In this document: piece by piece, positions 7,543-17,498 of the stretch
How positions within the stretch are numbered: the first letter of the stretch is position 1
How the letters are laid out: each line of letters starts with the position of its first letter
Source of the DNA: a bacterium
Lineage (GTDB): Bacteria; Hinthialibacterota; Hinthialibacteria; Hinthialibacterales; Hinthialibacteraceae
Length of the DNA: 53,074 bases
Assembly: GCA_963663405.2 (NCBI GenBank)
Contig: CAXXSM010000112.1
Span: 1-53,074 of the forward strand
Direction: 5' to 3'
The notes under the pieces: model-generated
What the model was told of the DNA's origin: nothing
The model's database searches: none
Seen by the model: only the letters and a program-made list of their open reading frames with translations
Program-made: the position numbers and the translations under genes

Positions 7543-10130
7543 TCGATCCACAAACGGTGAATTCGATCGCGCCGGTTTGGGCTGGATGGATATTGGCGCG
7601 GACCGTTGATTCGACACTCGTGTTTCTTATCGCGAGCGCTCTATGGCTTCTCTTGCGAAACCGTGTTTCTTCACACGTTGGGTATATTCTCTTCCTTCTC
7701 GTACTCGTAAAACTGCTTTTCCCTATCCAATTCGCGTGTCCAAACATTGGGAAATGGAATCTAGACAGTGTCTCTTATTTTTCCAGCCTCCCGTTTTCCT
7801 TCCTCCTCCATGAAGGGGAGAATGCAGCTACGCAGAAAGAGAAATCATTTCCCAGCGATTGGAAAGAATCAGTATCCCTTACCAAGCGGGATCTATCTAA
7901 TGAACGTGCCTATTGTGATCAATGTAATAGTGTGAAGAAATCAAATAAGGATTCATCCCACATTGTTTCCGCTGGAACTGTATCCAAAGATAAGCGGAAT
8001 GTGTCTAAAGAAAAAATAGCGATTGGTGGGATAACGCGAAAGGAAGAACCTTCTCTTTTCGACACCATAGGATCGATTCAAAAAAACAATCGAAATACAA
8101 CCATCGATGAAATCGTTCAGTCTCATGATAACAATAAATCCGTATCTGAATTCAAAAATGATGAAAATAGAATCCGCGAAGAGATGAGAATCGCATCTTT
8201 ATTGAAAGAGGAAGAGGCCAATCCCAATCCACTTTCTTCCTTATCGATTGTATCGCTGATTATGCTGTTGTGGGGGATCATCACAATTCTCTTATTCGGC
8301 CGTTTCGTCTGTCAGGAATATTGTACTCACAAACGGATTCATCAGTCCGAGATTCTCGATCCAGATCAAATCCCAGTCGATTTTAAAGGCCTGCTCTCGA
8401 TCGCCAATGTGAAACGCCATGTACGGCTTGCGACGAACTCTTGGATACAATCTCCTTTTGTTTACGGTATTTTTACTCCCTGCTTATTCATCCCACGGAC
8501 TCTTTTTACGAGCAATTCTACGAATCAGATCCGGTGGATTCTCCTACACGAACTTGCGCATATCAGACGCTGGGATACAGCGGTCCGGTTGCTGCAGAAA
8601 GTGTGTCAATACCTTTTTTTCTTTCATCCAGCCGTTTGGCTGACGAATAAATGCGTGGATATGCAACGGGAATTTTCCTGTGATGACAGCGCCGTCCTGG
8701 GAACGAACGCGGCGCCCAGTGAATGTGGGAAAGGATTGATGGGAATCATTTTACAAGTAAATCGAGAGCCATTTTGGATGCCGTCTTCGATCGGCATGTT
8801 CAATTCAAAAACCATTATTAAGGAGAGACTCATGAGAATTTTAAATCCCAATCGTACACTTTGTTCCGGACTCTCGCTCCATGCGGGGATCGCTCTTGCT
8901 GCGCTGGCGCTGATCGTGATTCCATTTTCAACGATCGCGTCTACGGGAAAGGCGCAGGAGGAAACCAATGATGGCGCGTTTATTGTATCCGCGCCAAATC
9001 ACGCGGAACCCGCGGAAACCGTGAGTGTAGCGTCAACTACTCAAAGCAGCGCAAGCGTCGTTCAAAGCAGTGCAAGCGCCGCCGCGGAGAAAACCACTGG
9101 TTCTCGTACCATATGTTCGTTTCCAACGGATGATTTCACTATTGTTAAAGAGAATCGATATGTGTGGAAGCGGTCTTTATCATTTCAATTTGGAAAAGTT
9201 AAATCGGTGGAATTCAAAACATTTGATGGCGATATCCAAATCAAAGCGCAACCGGATCCAAATATAAAGAACGTTGAAGTCGACGCGGATTTGATAATCC
9301 AAAAAAAGCCGGAAGTTGATGAATCCGAAGTATTGAAATACAAAGAACAATTCGATCTGGTTATTGAATCCAGCGATAAAGAGAAAGCGGCCGCCGTTGT
9401 CCATCGTCCAAAGCAAACGCCGAAAGGATTGAGTGCCACGGCGAATCTCTATGTTAAATTTCCCGCTGGACTTGATCTAACCGCGAACACGGGTGACGGT
9501 GATATATGTGTCGATGGTTGTGACTGCAAAATGTCGCTAAATTCGAAAGACGGGGATATTATCTCTAAAAATTGTGTGGGCCCGACCAGCGCCAATACGA
9601 TGGATGGAGACATTCTGATCGAAAATACAGAAGAGAATATCCAAGCAGGCACAAAGGATGGAGATGTCATAATTAAAAACTGTCCAGGTCCAATACACGC
9701 CGATTCAAAGGATGGAGACATTAATATTGTCAATTCAGAAAATCCAATCCATGCGGAAACGAAAGATGGGGATGTGATTATGAAAAACTGTCCCGGTCCG
9801 ATTCAGGCAGGCACGAAGGATGGAGATATCCATATCGTCAACGCCAAAGAGAAAATCCAAGCGGAAACAAATGACGGTGAGATTATTCTTGTTTTCGACG
9901 CCACTCCGGCTGATGGTTGCGTTATTGAAGCGAAAGAAGGAGAAATCAATATCGATCTGCCCGATGACGCGAATGTCAATGTCGCGCTTAAAACCCATGA
10001 TGGATCGATTCATGTCCCTGAAAGCCGTTTCTCAGGCGTGAAAAAGGAAAAAGAGGTGGTTGGAAAACTTAACGATGGCGGCGTCAGTATTGTTGCGAAT
10101 ACGAAAGAAGGAGATATCACAATTCGTTGA
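7539..10130 (+). CDS. BlaR1/M56-family metallopeptidase sensor with C-terminal DUF4097-like beta-repeat domain
   Basis: TM segments, SPFVYG, ILLHELAHIRRWD, FFHPAVW, REFSCD, IKERLMRIL; ~19-aa A.TKDGD.I.. repeats at the C-terminus. Confidence 0.88.
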   Translation: MIDPQTVNSIAPVWAGWILARTVDSTLVFLIASALWLLLRNRVSSHVGYILFLLVLVKLLFPIQFACPNIGKWNLDSVSYFSSLPFSFLLHEGENAATQKEKSFPSDWKESVSLTKRDLSNERAYCDQCNSVKKSNKDSSHIVSAGTVSKDKRNVSKEKIAIGGITRKEEPSLFDTIGSIQKNNRNTTIDEIVQSHDNNKSVSEFKNDENRIREEMRIASLLKEEEANPNPLSSLSIVSLIMLLWGIITILLFGRFVCQEYCTHKRIHQSEILDPDQIPVDFKGLLSIANVKRHVRLATNSWIQSPFVYGIFTPCLFIPRTLFTSNSTNQIRWILLHELAHIRRWDTAVRLLQKVCQYLFFFHPAVWLTNKCVDMQREFSCDDSAVLGTNAAPSECGKGLMGIILQVNREPFWMPSSIGMFNSKTIIKERLMRILNPNRTLCSGLSLHAGIALAALALIVIPFSTIASTGKAQEETNDGAFIVSAPNHAEPAETVSVASTTQSSASVVQSSASAAAEKTTGSRTICSFPTDDFTIVKENRYVWKRSLSFQFGKVKSVEFKTFDGDIQIKAQPDPNIKNVEVDADLIIQKKPEVDESEVLKYKEQFDLVIESSDKEKAAAVVHRPKQTPKGLSATANLYVKFPAGLDLTANTGDGDICVDGCDCKMSLNSKDGDIISKNCVGPTSANTMDGDILIENTEENIQAGTKDGDVIIKNCPGPIHADSKDGDINIVNSENPIHAETKDGDVIMKNCPGPIQAGTKDGDIHIVNAKEKIQAETNDGEIILVFDATPADGCVIEAKEGEINIDLPDDANVNVALKTHDGSIHVPESRFSGVKKEKEVVGKLNDGGVSIVANTKEGDITIR

Positions 10131-10344
10131 TGGTGTTGATGATTCACGTGATGTCTATCGTTTTTTTTAATAACCTTATAATTTAAGTCACGCTTCAAAT
10201 TCATCCAAAAAGTTTATGTTGCCTTCCCATATTTTTAAATCTTCTCATTAACGCCTATTCTTTAATAATTCTTTATTAAAGTAATTGATTAGTGTATATA
10301 AAGACCAAGCATAGCGGCGTAACTTGTCTGTTTTTATAAATATT

Positions 10345-10919
10345 TCACTTTTTACTTTCAAACTGCTGTTCGGTATCTTTTTTCTTTGTTCTGATACCCC
10401 ATGTGAAAGTTTTTTTTAATTTTCCAGGTTTTACCCATAATTCAGAGCCAGCCTTGAGTTTAAATACGTATTCCCATGGCTTACTATCTTTTGGTCTTAA
10501 GATGATATCGGCAGGTAGGTATGGTTTGATGGCTGGATGTTCGATCCAATGAGGTTCAATCTGCTGATACTGCGTCCATCCTAATCCAGCATGACAGAGT
10601 TGCCAAAAACTCCCATCCTGCATTTCGAAGACAAGAGGCTTGCCTTTTTCTTTTAGTTCGAATTCCCAAACCCGGACAAGGCGGTGTTTTTGCTTCAATT
10701 TTTGCTTAAGTTCTTTAATCATGTCTTTATCGGGGAGTTGTTCCTCTTCTATACCAGATAGAATGCAGTTCAGGCTGTCCTCTAGTATTTCATCCGTAAG
10801 GCCCAGTTCGTTATATTTACTACGAAACCAGCAAGATATGTCTTCATTCAATTTTGAAAAGATTTCGCTGTAATCATCAAGTTCCTTTATGAGTTCGAAA
10901 ATGTCATCTGTGCGGAACA
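10345..10919 (-). pseudogene. C-terminal fragment of an unknown AT-rich gene, truncated by IS3 copy 1
   Basis: The ORF runs to the IS boundary; its apparent ATG is created by the first base of the IS (10920). Confidence 0.55.
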
Positions 10920-10989
10920 TATACTGTACCCCAAAATTCGGACAGCCATCTAAGGTAGGTTACCTCGAAGCCGACAATAGGTAGAAGAG

Positions 10990-11289
10990 GTGAACCAAAT
11001 GATGAAAATGCGAAAAAATTTTGATGGAGCGTTCAAAGGCAAAGTGGCACTGGAGGCAATCAAAGGAGAGAAGACCTTAACCCAGATAGCGAGCGATTAC
11101 AAAATTCATGTGAGCCAGATTCGACAGTGGAAAAAGCGCCTGTTGGAAGAAATCCCAGGCTTGTTTTCACGCAAGCAAGAAAAGAGTCAAGCGGAAGCCG
11201 AAGAACTGACGTCGGAACTTTACCGCCAGATTGGGCAAATGAAAGTCGAACTTGATTGGGTAAAAAAAAAGTCTAACGTGCTCAGTTAA
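10990..11289 (+). CDS. IS3 orfA (HTH)
   Basis: FKGKVALEAIKGEKTLTQIAS..IH.SQI.QWKK and ELYRQIG..VELDWVKKK. Confidence 0.9.
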   Translation: MNQMMKMRKNFDGAFKGKVALEAIKGEKTLTQIASDYKIHVSQIRQWKKRLLEEIPGLFSRKQEKSQAEAEELTSELYRQIGQMKVELDWVKKKSNVLS

Positions 11290-12109
11290 GAAAAGACGAA
11301 GTTGGATCGAACTAACTAATTCTGAGATTTCAATAAAGAGGCAATGTGAATTGCTGGGGTTGTCTCGTTCAGGATTTTATTATCAACCCGTGGGCGAATC
11401 AGCCGAAAATGTAGCGCTGATGAACCTGCTTGATGAACAATATACCCGGACACCGTTTTACGGAATTCGGAAAATGCAGAAATGGTTGAGAACTCTAGGA
11501 CGGGTTGTGAATAAGAAACGAATCGGTCGTTTAATGCGAGTGATGGGCTTGGAGACGATCTACCCGAAGCCTCGTTTGAGCCTCGGAAATGTTCAGCATA
11601 AGAAATATCCATACCTGTTGAAGGGAGTGAAAATCGAAAGACCCAATCACGTGTGGAGCACCGATATCACCTATATACGTATGCGCCAAGGATTTGTTTA
11701 CCTGGTGGCGATCTTAGACTGGTTTAGTCGTTATGTGGTGTCATGGAAAGTCTCCACTTCGATGGAGGTTGACTTTTGCCTCGAAGCGTTGGAGATGGCT
11801 TTTGAAATTGATAAGCCAACGATCTTCAACAGTGACCAAGGCTCTCAATTCACAAGCACGGATTTTACGAGTCGCTTGAAGAAAGAGAGGACTCTCATCA
11901 GCATGGATGGAAGAGGCCGAGTGTTCGATAATATTTTCGTCGAACGGTTATGGCGGTCAGTGAAATATGAGGAGGTCTATATCAAAAGTTACGAAACGGT
12001 GAATGATTGTGTGCGCGGACTAACGGATTATTTTCAGTTCTACAATAATGAGCGTCTACACCAAGCCTTGGGATATAAGACGCCGCTTCAGGTTTATAGA
12101 GAACACTAG
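11264..12109 (+). CDS. IS3 orfB (DDE integrase core)
   Basis: WSTDITY, FNSDQGSQFTS, DNIFVERLWRSVKYE; frame open from the A9 run (KKSLTCSVKKRRSW...RQCELLGLSRS). Confidence 0.9.
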   Translation, partial: KKSLTCSVKKRRSWIELTNSEISIKRQCELLGLSRSGFYYQPVGESAENVALMNLLDEQYTRTPFYGIRKMQKWLRTLGRVVNKKRIGRLMRVMGLETIYPKPRLSLGNVQHKKYPYLLKGVKIERPNHVWSTDITYIRMRQGFVYLVAILDWFSRYVVSWKVSTSMEVDFCLEALEMAFEIDKPTIFNSDQGSQFTSTDFTSRLKKERTLISMDGRGRVFDNIFVERLWRSVKYEEVYIKSYETVNDCVRGLTDYFQFYNNERLHQALGYKTPLQVYREH

Positions 12110-12445
12110 AAAACTTGACGGTCCAAGAACTTTGCGTTTGAGTTTTTTAAGGCATTGGCAAATGCTCTGGATTATCTTGAAATGATCGAAAAAAGGGGAT
12201 GATCTGATACGTCTCCCTGACGGCAATCCGTCGCACACGCACCAGGATATCCCTTGACCGGTTGCTCTACAGCAGAACCGATCTCCGTTTCTCCTGGTAG
12301 TGTATAATATCGGAAAGTTTTATGAGAATCTGGAATCATCATGATTTCCGGATCCCAAATAAGGAGACTTGAGTTGAACGAAATCGAGGTTGAAAACCTA
12401 CTTTAAATTTCCTTGATTCCTGTCTTGACAATGGGGTACACCTCA

Positions 12446-12634
12446 GATGTGAGCGCCTGGACTGTTTTTCGCTAGTGTTACTGTCTGGGCCCCCACACCG
12501 CAACCCGCTTCCAAAACTAGGCTTCCGGGGGGATAGCCTGTATCGGAATGGAGTAAATCGGCGAGTGTCGACGCTTGGTCTTGCAGGCGGATATTTTCTC
12601 TCGGATCGTATCCATGAACGTATCGGTTTTCCAT
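12446..12634 (-). pseudogene. N-terminal fragment of a class I SAM-dependent methyltransferase truncated by IS3 copy 1
   Basis: MENRYVHGY...RLQDQA...VLEAGCGVGAQT; the frame ends on a TGA supplied by the IS end. Confidence 0.8.
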
Positions 12635-12755
12635 GTTCTCCTCTGCTGGATCGAAGGGATGTAGCAATGTCCATCTGCTTTCTAACGATTGAGATTACTG
12701 GAGATAACGAATGAGTATATGGAAAAGCGCTTATAAACCGGAGTGGAAAAATAAT

Positions 12756-12784
12756 AAAAAGAGCGCCAAATTAAGGCGCTCTTT
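12756..12784 (-). terminator. Intrinsic terminator
   Basis: AAAGAGCGCC-AAATTAA-GGCGCTCTTT stem with a T-run on the minus strand, just after the stop at 12813. Confidence 0.75.
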
Positions 12785-12812
12785 CCAAATCGAAAACATC
12801 AATTACATAAAT

Positions 12813-13793
12813 TTAGAACACGGACCAATCCACAACATTGGAACCGTCTCCTAAAGGATCGTCACTCGTGAACCGCATTTCCCGGAAAAATTCAACCTGG
12901 GATTCATTCGCTTGATCCCAACGCTGGAGGTGGAATTGTTCATCATCCCAATCGACCCAATTGATGTTAAATCCAATCGGCTCATCCGGCTCAAAGGATG
13001 GGAACACCCCCCAGGGGAATTTGATCTCCTGAACGTAAGACGTGTGCTGTTCGGGAGGATTATCATCCAATTGCACGGCGCGTTCGATCTGGTCGATAAT
13101 CGCTTTTTCCGCATCGTCTTCGGTATTAAGCGCAGAACGGAAGAGCGCGTAATCCAAAGGCAATCCATTGGCCATGACTGGCTCCATGTCGAATTCTTCT
13201 TTGATGATCACCGCGTCGATGCTAAATGCGGATTGGAGATCAAATTCCGACGTCTGGTCATCATTGATATTATAGGGAAGCCGATCATTGTCGTTATCGA
13301 ACCAGATCTCAATGCCGTCATTAGTGAATCCAGGCTGGTTATTAATGTCCCGTTCGGGGTATGAACTTTGAAACCAGCCAATCAGGTCATCCGTCACAAT
13401 GTTTAAAAGATAAAAACCTGTGTCATCCCACCCGATATACGTGGTCGCGGTGAAATCATCTTCACTGGTTTCATAATTCGCATTGTTGCTGCAGAGCACT
13501 TTGTTGGGATCAAACTCAAAGTGATCGCCTGTCGTCAGCGCGTCTTCTTCAAACGCGTTATCAGTTGGATCGCTGCTAAATTGCTGCCCTTCTGGAACAT
13601 CCAACATCGTGGCCGGATCTCCGAAAGCGTCCAAAGGCCAGTCGGATGGATCACCATCGATCGTTATTTGGATCCCCGCCGCAAATTTCCGGCAGTTGAT
13701 AAACCGGTCCTGCGCCAAAAGAGTATCCGCGGCCAAACAAAAAACGAAAAGAAACGCACAAAAATATATCAATCGATAATCTCTCTTCATCAT
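12813..13793 (-). CDS. Secreted acidic protein with CBM9/DOMON-like sugar-binding fold and C-terminal W-tail
   Basis: Signal peptide after RBS GGAGG; ITIDGDPSDW, GWDDTGFY..VTDD, DGIEIWFD, Y.QEIKFPW, IGFNI..DWD; ends GSNVVDWSVF. Confidence 0.7.
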   Translation of the reverse strand: MMKRDYRLIYFCAFLFVFCLAADTLLAQDRFINCRKFAAGIQITIDGDPSDWPLDAFGDPATMLDVPEGQQFSSDPTDNAFEEDALTTGDHFEFDPNKVLCSNNANYETSEDDFTATTYIGWDDTGFYLLNIVTDDLIGWFQSSYPERDINNQPGFTNDGIEIWFDNDNDRLPYNINDDQTSEFDLQSAFSIDAVIIKEEFDMEPVMANGLPLDYALFRSALNTEDDAEKAIIDQIERAVQLDDNPPEQHTSYVQEIKFPWGVFPSFEPDEPIGFNINWVDWDDEQFHLQRWDQANESQVEFFREMRFTSDDPLGDGSNVVDWSVF

Positions 13794-13810
13794 ATCCTCC
13801 CCTGGTGTAT

Positions 13811-13900
13811 ATGAAAATGAGTTTCCGAGACTTGCTCGTTCACATTCGCTCCCGCAACACATTTTCATCTGTGGTTATGGTCTCGATGATGCTGGTTTAT
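13811..13900 (+). repeat. Dispersed intergenic repeat, copy A (hairpin + tail)
   Basis: ATGAAAATGAGTT...AACACATTTTCAT followed by CTGTGGTTATGGTCTCGATGAT; aligns by eye with 26924-27004 and with 47201-47293 (reverse). Confidence 0.8.
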
Positions 13901-14159
13901 TTAGAAATCATGAGTCAGTTTAAAGGATCTCTAATGGGATGTCAACAATAAAAATGGCTTAATCGAAATTTTATTTTAGGGCTATGAATCAGGATTGCAT
14001 GATGGGTAAGAGGACGATATCTACGTCGTAAGAGCATTTCTCTTGTTGTGAGGCGCATACAATAGAATTAATTAAAGGTTAATTCATGGAATTTTTAGTT
14101 GAATGAATCCATCCAGTTTCCGTTTAAGATGGATCGTGAGAGCCCGTTATGAAATGTTG

Positions 14160-14330
14160 TTATGGCTCCTCGGTCTGTTTTTTTATGATCTCTTTTTTCT
14201 GCTTGCGCAGTTTTCTAGTTTGCATCTGCCAATATTTCAGTTCTTCTTCTTGAGATAACCGCTCTGTTTCTTGTCTGCACCGATCGGCGCCTTTCTGTTT
14301 CATCTCTACACAATCAAACTTCTTATTCAT
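14160..14330 (-). CDS. Small protein downstream of the PIN gene, putative antitoxin (not in the ORF track)
   Basis: Manual translation, 56 aa: MNKKFDCVEMKQKGADRCRQETERLSQEEELKYWQ...; overlaps the PIN stop codon. Confidence 0.65.
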   Translation of the reverse strand: MNKKFDCVEMKQKGADRCRQETERLSQEEELKYWQMQTRKLRKQKKEIIKKQTEEP

Positions 14331-14784
14331 ATCGAATCACCTCCGGTGGTGAAAAGATTGAGATTGATGGATAGCCATTTAGAGCATTGACGGCATTGTA
14401 TAGAGGAATTTTATTATAGTGTACGATATGTTTGAAATTCCAACTTACAATCATATCACAATTTGAGATTGTAGCTAAAGCAACATGCAATGCGTCATTT
14501 GAATGCTTCAGTGTTAGAATTTTTGAATGGATATATGCGTTTCTTAATGCCAATGCTTCATTGCTCAAATCAACGACTTCGGCGTACTGCAACATTTCAT
14601 TGAAAAAAACTCTGACTTTTTTTGGGGCTGCTTGTATCTCAGTTTGTACTATTGCGGATGTGATTAATATAAATTGATCATCTTTGATTTGGTTGAAGAA
14701 TTCATGACTATGAGTGTTGAACTCATCATCATAAATCCCTCCAAAGACAGATGTGTCTGCATATATTCTGATGTTTTTTCTCAA
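14323..14784 (-). CDS. PIN-domain (VapC-like) ribonuclease/toxin
   Basis: IYADTSVFGG, DALHVALAT, IVSWNFKHIV motifs. Confidence 0.85.
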   Translation of the reverse strand: MRKNIRIYADTSVFGGIYDDEFNTHSHEFFNQIKDDQFILITSAIVQTEIQAAPKKVRVFFNEMLQYAEVVDLSNEALALRNAYIHSKILTLKHSNDALHVALATISNCDMIVSWNFKHIVHYNKIPLYNAVNALNGYPSISIFSPPEVIRYE

Positions 14785-14855
14785 TGTTTTTCTTTAATTG
14801 GTATAGTTTATTTTGTTCAAATTTATGGCAAGTTTTTTTTAAAACAATTAAAAAA

Positions 14856-15740
14856 TTAACCTCTTTTAAATGCAGATTTCCCAAACAAGGAAACATCTTG
14901 ATCTATCGCTCTGAACCATTCAGATTTTGCAGCCCTATCCATATTTTTTCTGTATGACGCCTCGATTTTCTCGTTTTGCTTATCAGATATTTTTGATTGA
15001 ATAGTGGATGTTATTCTTGATCTATCACGTAAAAAGTCACCAAACATTTTGGGTAATATATATTTTTTGGAGCTAACAAGACCATTATTGACATGAACTT
15101 TTGTACCTTTCCAATGTTTTGGATATGGCATTTTGATAAAGCCAACAATGATAAATTTACCTAACTTCGCATAGGTGAATGCCGATTGTACTCCTTTAGC
15201 TAAATTAAATTCTATGCACCTTAGAATATATCTATTAATATTCGAAGGTGTATCCTTATGAGTATAATTAATGACAACATCCAATGGTAAAAAGTGTTGT
15301 TCGTGTTGATCGGGATGTGGTCTTTGGTCCAGTAAAAATTCTTTCCATATCATGTATGCATTGTGTGTATAATCCTGTAGAATACTTGATAAGTGAGAAA
15401 TTCTGTTCTCCTTTAGATGAAAATTTAAAACTCTCCACGAAACTGACACGCAAAATTTCAAAAACCAAGAGCCATATTTAATTTGTAATGTGTTCCCATG
15501 ATTCATTGGATGAAAAATATGATTTGCAAACTCTGTTTCATAGCTACTTAAACGTGTTTCACATTCATCACATAGCCAGTAGTATTTTAAACCGTCTTGA
15601 ACTCGTTTATTGGGCTCTGATCCACAACGAAGAAATCCTGTGGGTGATGTATCTTTATGCCATTTATATACAAATTTCGGTATAACGTGACTTAAGCATA
15701 AATTCTTTTCTTGGTTACATAAATGACATTTACTTTTCAT
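14856..15740 (-). CDS. Hypothetical protein with N-terminal Zn-binding/HNH-like motif
   Basis: CHLC...SHVIPK...LCDECE pattern; AT-rich coding sequence. Confidence 0.55.
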   Translation of the reverse strand: MKSKCHLCNQEKNLCLSHVIPKFVYKWHKDTSPTGFLRCGSEPNKRVQDGLKYYWLCDECETRLSSYETEFANHIFHPMNHGNTLQIKYGSWFLKFCVSVSWRVLNFHLKENRISHLSSILQDYTHNAYMIWKEFLLDQRPHPDQHEQHFLPLDVVINYTHKDTPSNINRYILRCIEFNLAKGVQSAFTYAKLGKFIIVGFIKMPYPKHWKGTKVHVNNGLVSSKKYILPKMFGDFLRDRSRITSTIQSKISDKQNEKIEASYRKNMDRAAKSEWFRAIDQDVSLFGKSAFKRG

Positions 15741-16073
15741 ATTATTTAGTTTTGTAATTCTCTTTGTTTATAAATTATATTTTATCTGATAATGCATAGA
15801 TGCCAATATTAAGAATAAAAAAAAGACTCACGGCCGATTTGTTTGAAAATCTACTTTTTGGTTTTTTGTTAAATATTGATACGTCAAGAAAAATTTTGAA
15901 AGAATATGTATTATATAATTTCTTCCTATCATAGTATTCTGACTGCCCAATGGTCTACAAGGTTACAAAGTTCATAAATATGAATAAAATGGATATTAAA
16001 TCTTCTTTTTTCTATTCGCTCTTTATTTGAATTATTGCGTAAGCTTTCATGTCAAAATAACTTTGGAGATAAC

Positions 16074-17459
16074 ATGGAATCAATCCACTTGGTTGGAATC
16101 GCTGGGAGTGGGATGCTTCCCCTGGCGGAATTGGGGTTGAAACGAGGGTTGCGAATGACGGGATCGGACCGGCTTTTAGGGAAAGGAGCGGATTGGACGA
16201 ACGTCTCGCCCCCGATTCGAAAACGGCTGGATCGCCTTAACCGCCTTGGCGCCCGTCTGTATCCACAGGATGGAAGCGGAATTGATTCCAACACTGCGCG
16301 GGTTGTAATATCAACCGCCATTGAATCCGATAATCCCGATTGGGTAAAAGCGGAGACGCTGGCGGTTCCCATAATCCACCGATCGGATGAATTGAAGCGT
16401 CAATTGGCGCCCCATCGTTTACTCGCTGTCACGGGGGCGAATGGGAAATCCACCACTACGGCGCTCTGCGCCTGGCTGCTGCGCGGTGTAGATGAGTTGG
16501 CCTGTTTTGTTGGAGGGACGGAGATTCTCGACACGTCCCCCACAGGTGAAGGATGGACATCGGTGTGGCTGGGGGATGGGAACTGGGCCTGCGCGGAATT
16601 GGATGAGAGTGATAAATCATTGTTACGCTTTGAACCGGATATCGCCGTGATATTAAATATCAGCCGTGATCATCATTCCTTTGAAGAAAATTTAGACACA
16701 TTCGAACAATTCGCCGCACAGGTTCGTGGAACACTCTTGCTGAATCGATCCGATTCTGGATGCCTGAAATTGGCGGAACGGCTTGCTTCGAAAGAAAAAC
16801 TTATGTGGTTCGATCCCCCTTCTGAGGATGAAGTGATTCCAACACCGGATGGTTCGATCGTATCGCTGGATGGCCAAGAATACGCTTGTCCTCTTCCAGG
16901 GTATTATAATGCGGTCAATCTCGCGGCGGCGATGAGTCTGATCCGCCTTGCCGCGCCGTCCGCTTCGCACGAAACGCTGAAACAGGCGGTCCAGACTTTT
17001 CCCGGTGTCCGGCGGCGTTTGCAGCGGTATGGAAGCGGACCGATCACCGTCTTTGATGATTACGCGCACAATCCGGATAAGATCGAGGCCCTGTTGCATT
17101 GCCTGCAGGCGCGGTTCCCGCGCGTTCATCTCGTGTTTCAGCCACATGGATACGGTCCGTTGCGCTTTCATCTTGATGGATTTGCGAAAGTGTTTTCGTC
17201 TACTCTCCGACCGGAAGACCGCTTGTATCTTCTTCCTATATATGACGCTGGAGGAACGACCAACCGCTCGATCGCCTCGGAGGATTTGGCCGCCCGAATC
17301 CAAGATCGTATTGTGTATACACCCAGCAGCCGTGAAGAGTTGATTGCGCGGCTGCGGCAGGATACAGATCCTGGTGTTGTCATCGCCGTCGCCGGCGCGC
17401 GGGATGATACCCTGGCGGAACTTGCCGAGACGATTGCAGAACGTCTTGCCGGGATTTAA
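16074..17459 (+). CDS. Mur ligase family protein (MurC/Mpl-like)
   Basis: GIAGSGM, AVTGANGKSTTT P-loop, ELDESD, DDYAHNP, VFQPHG. Confidence 0.85.
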   Translation: MESIHLVGIAGSGMLPLAELGLKRGLRMTGSDRLLGKGADWTNVSPPIRKRLDRLNRLGARLYPQDGSGIDSNTARVVISTAIESDNPDWVKAETLAVPIIHRSDELKRQLAPHRLLAVTGANGKSTTTALCAWLLRGVDELACFVGGTEILDTSPTGEGWTSVWLGDGNWACAELDESDKSLLRFEPDIAVILNISRDHHSFEENLDTFEQFAAQVRGTLLLNRSDSGCLKLAERLASKEKLMWFDPPSEDEVIPTPDGSIVSLDGQEYACPLPGYYNAVNLAAAMSLIRLAAPSASHETLKQAVQTFPGVRRRLQRYGSGPITVFDDYAHNPDKIEALLHCLQARFPRVHLVFQPHGYGPLRFHLDGFAKVFSSTLRPEDRLYLLPIYDAGGTTNRSIASEDLAARIQDRIVYTPSSREELIARLRQDTDPGVVIAVAGARDDTLAELAETIAERLAGI

Positions 17460-17498
17460 TCAAGGTAATAAATCAAATTGTTTGAAGCGAGAATAAAG

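Larger units (their letters stand above)
10920..12445 (+). mobile_element. IS3-family element, copy 1 (1526 bp), no target duplication
   Basis: Identity with 42877-44402 defines ends TATACTGTACCCC... / ...GGGGTACACCTCA; imperfect ~26-bp IRs; flanks ACA / GAT differ. Confidence 0.93.

Noticed and set aside
9480-9890. DNA tandem repeats in the BlaR1-like gene
   Set aside because: Explained by 19-aa protein repeats of the DUF4097-like domain, with divergent codons
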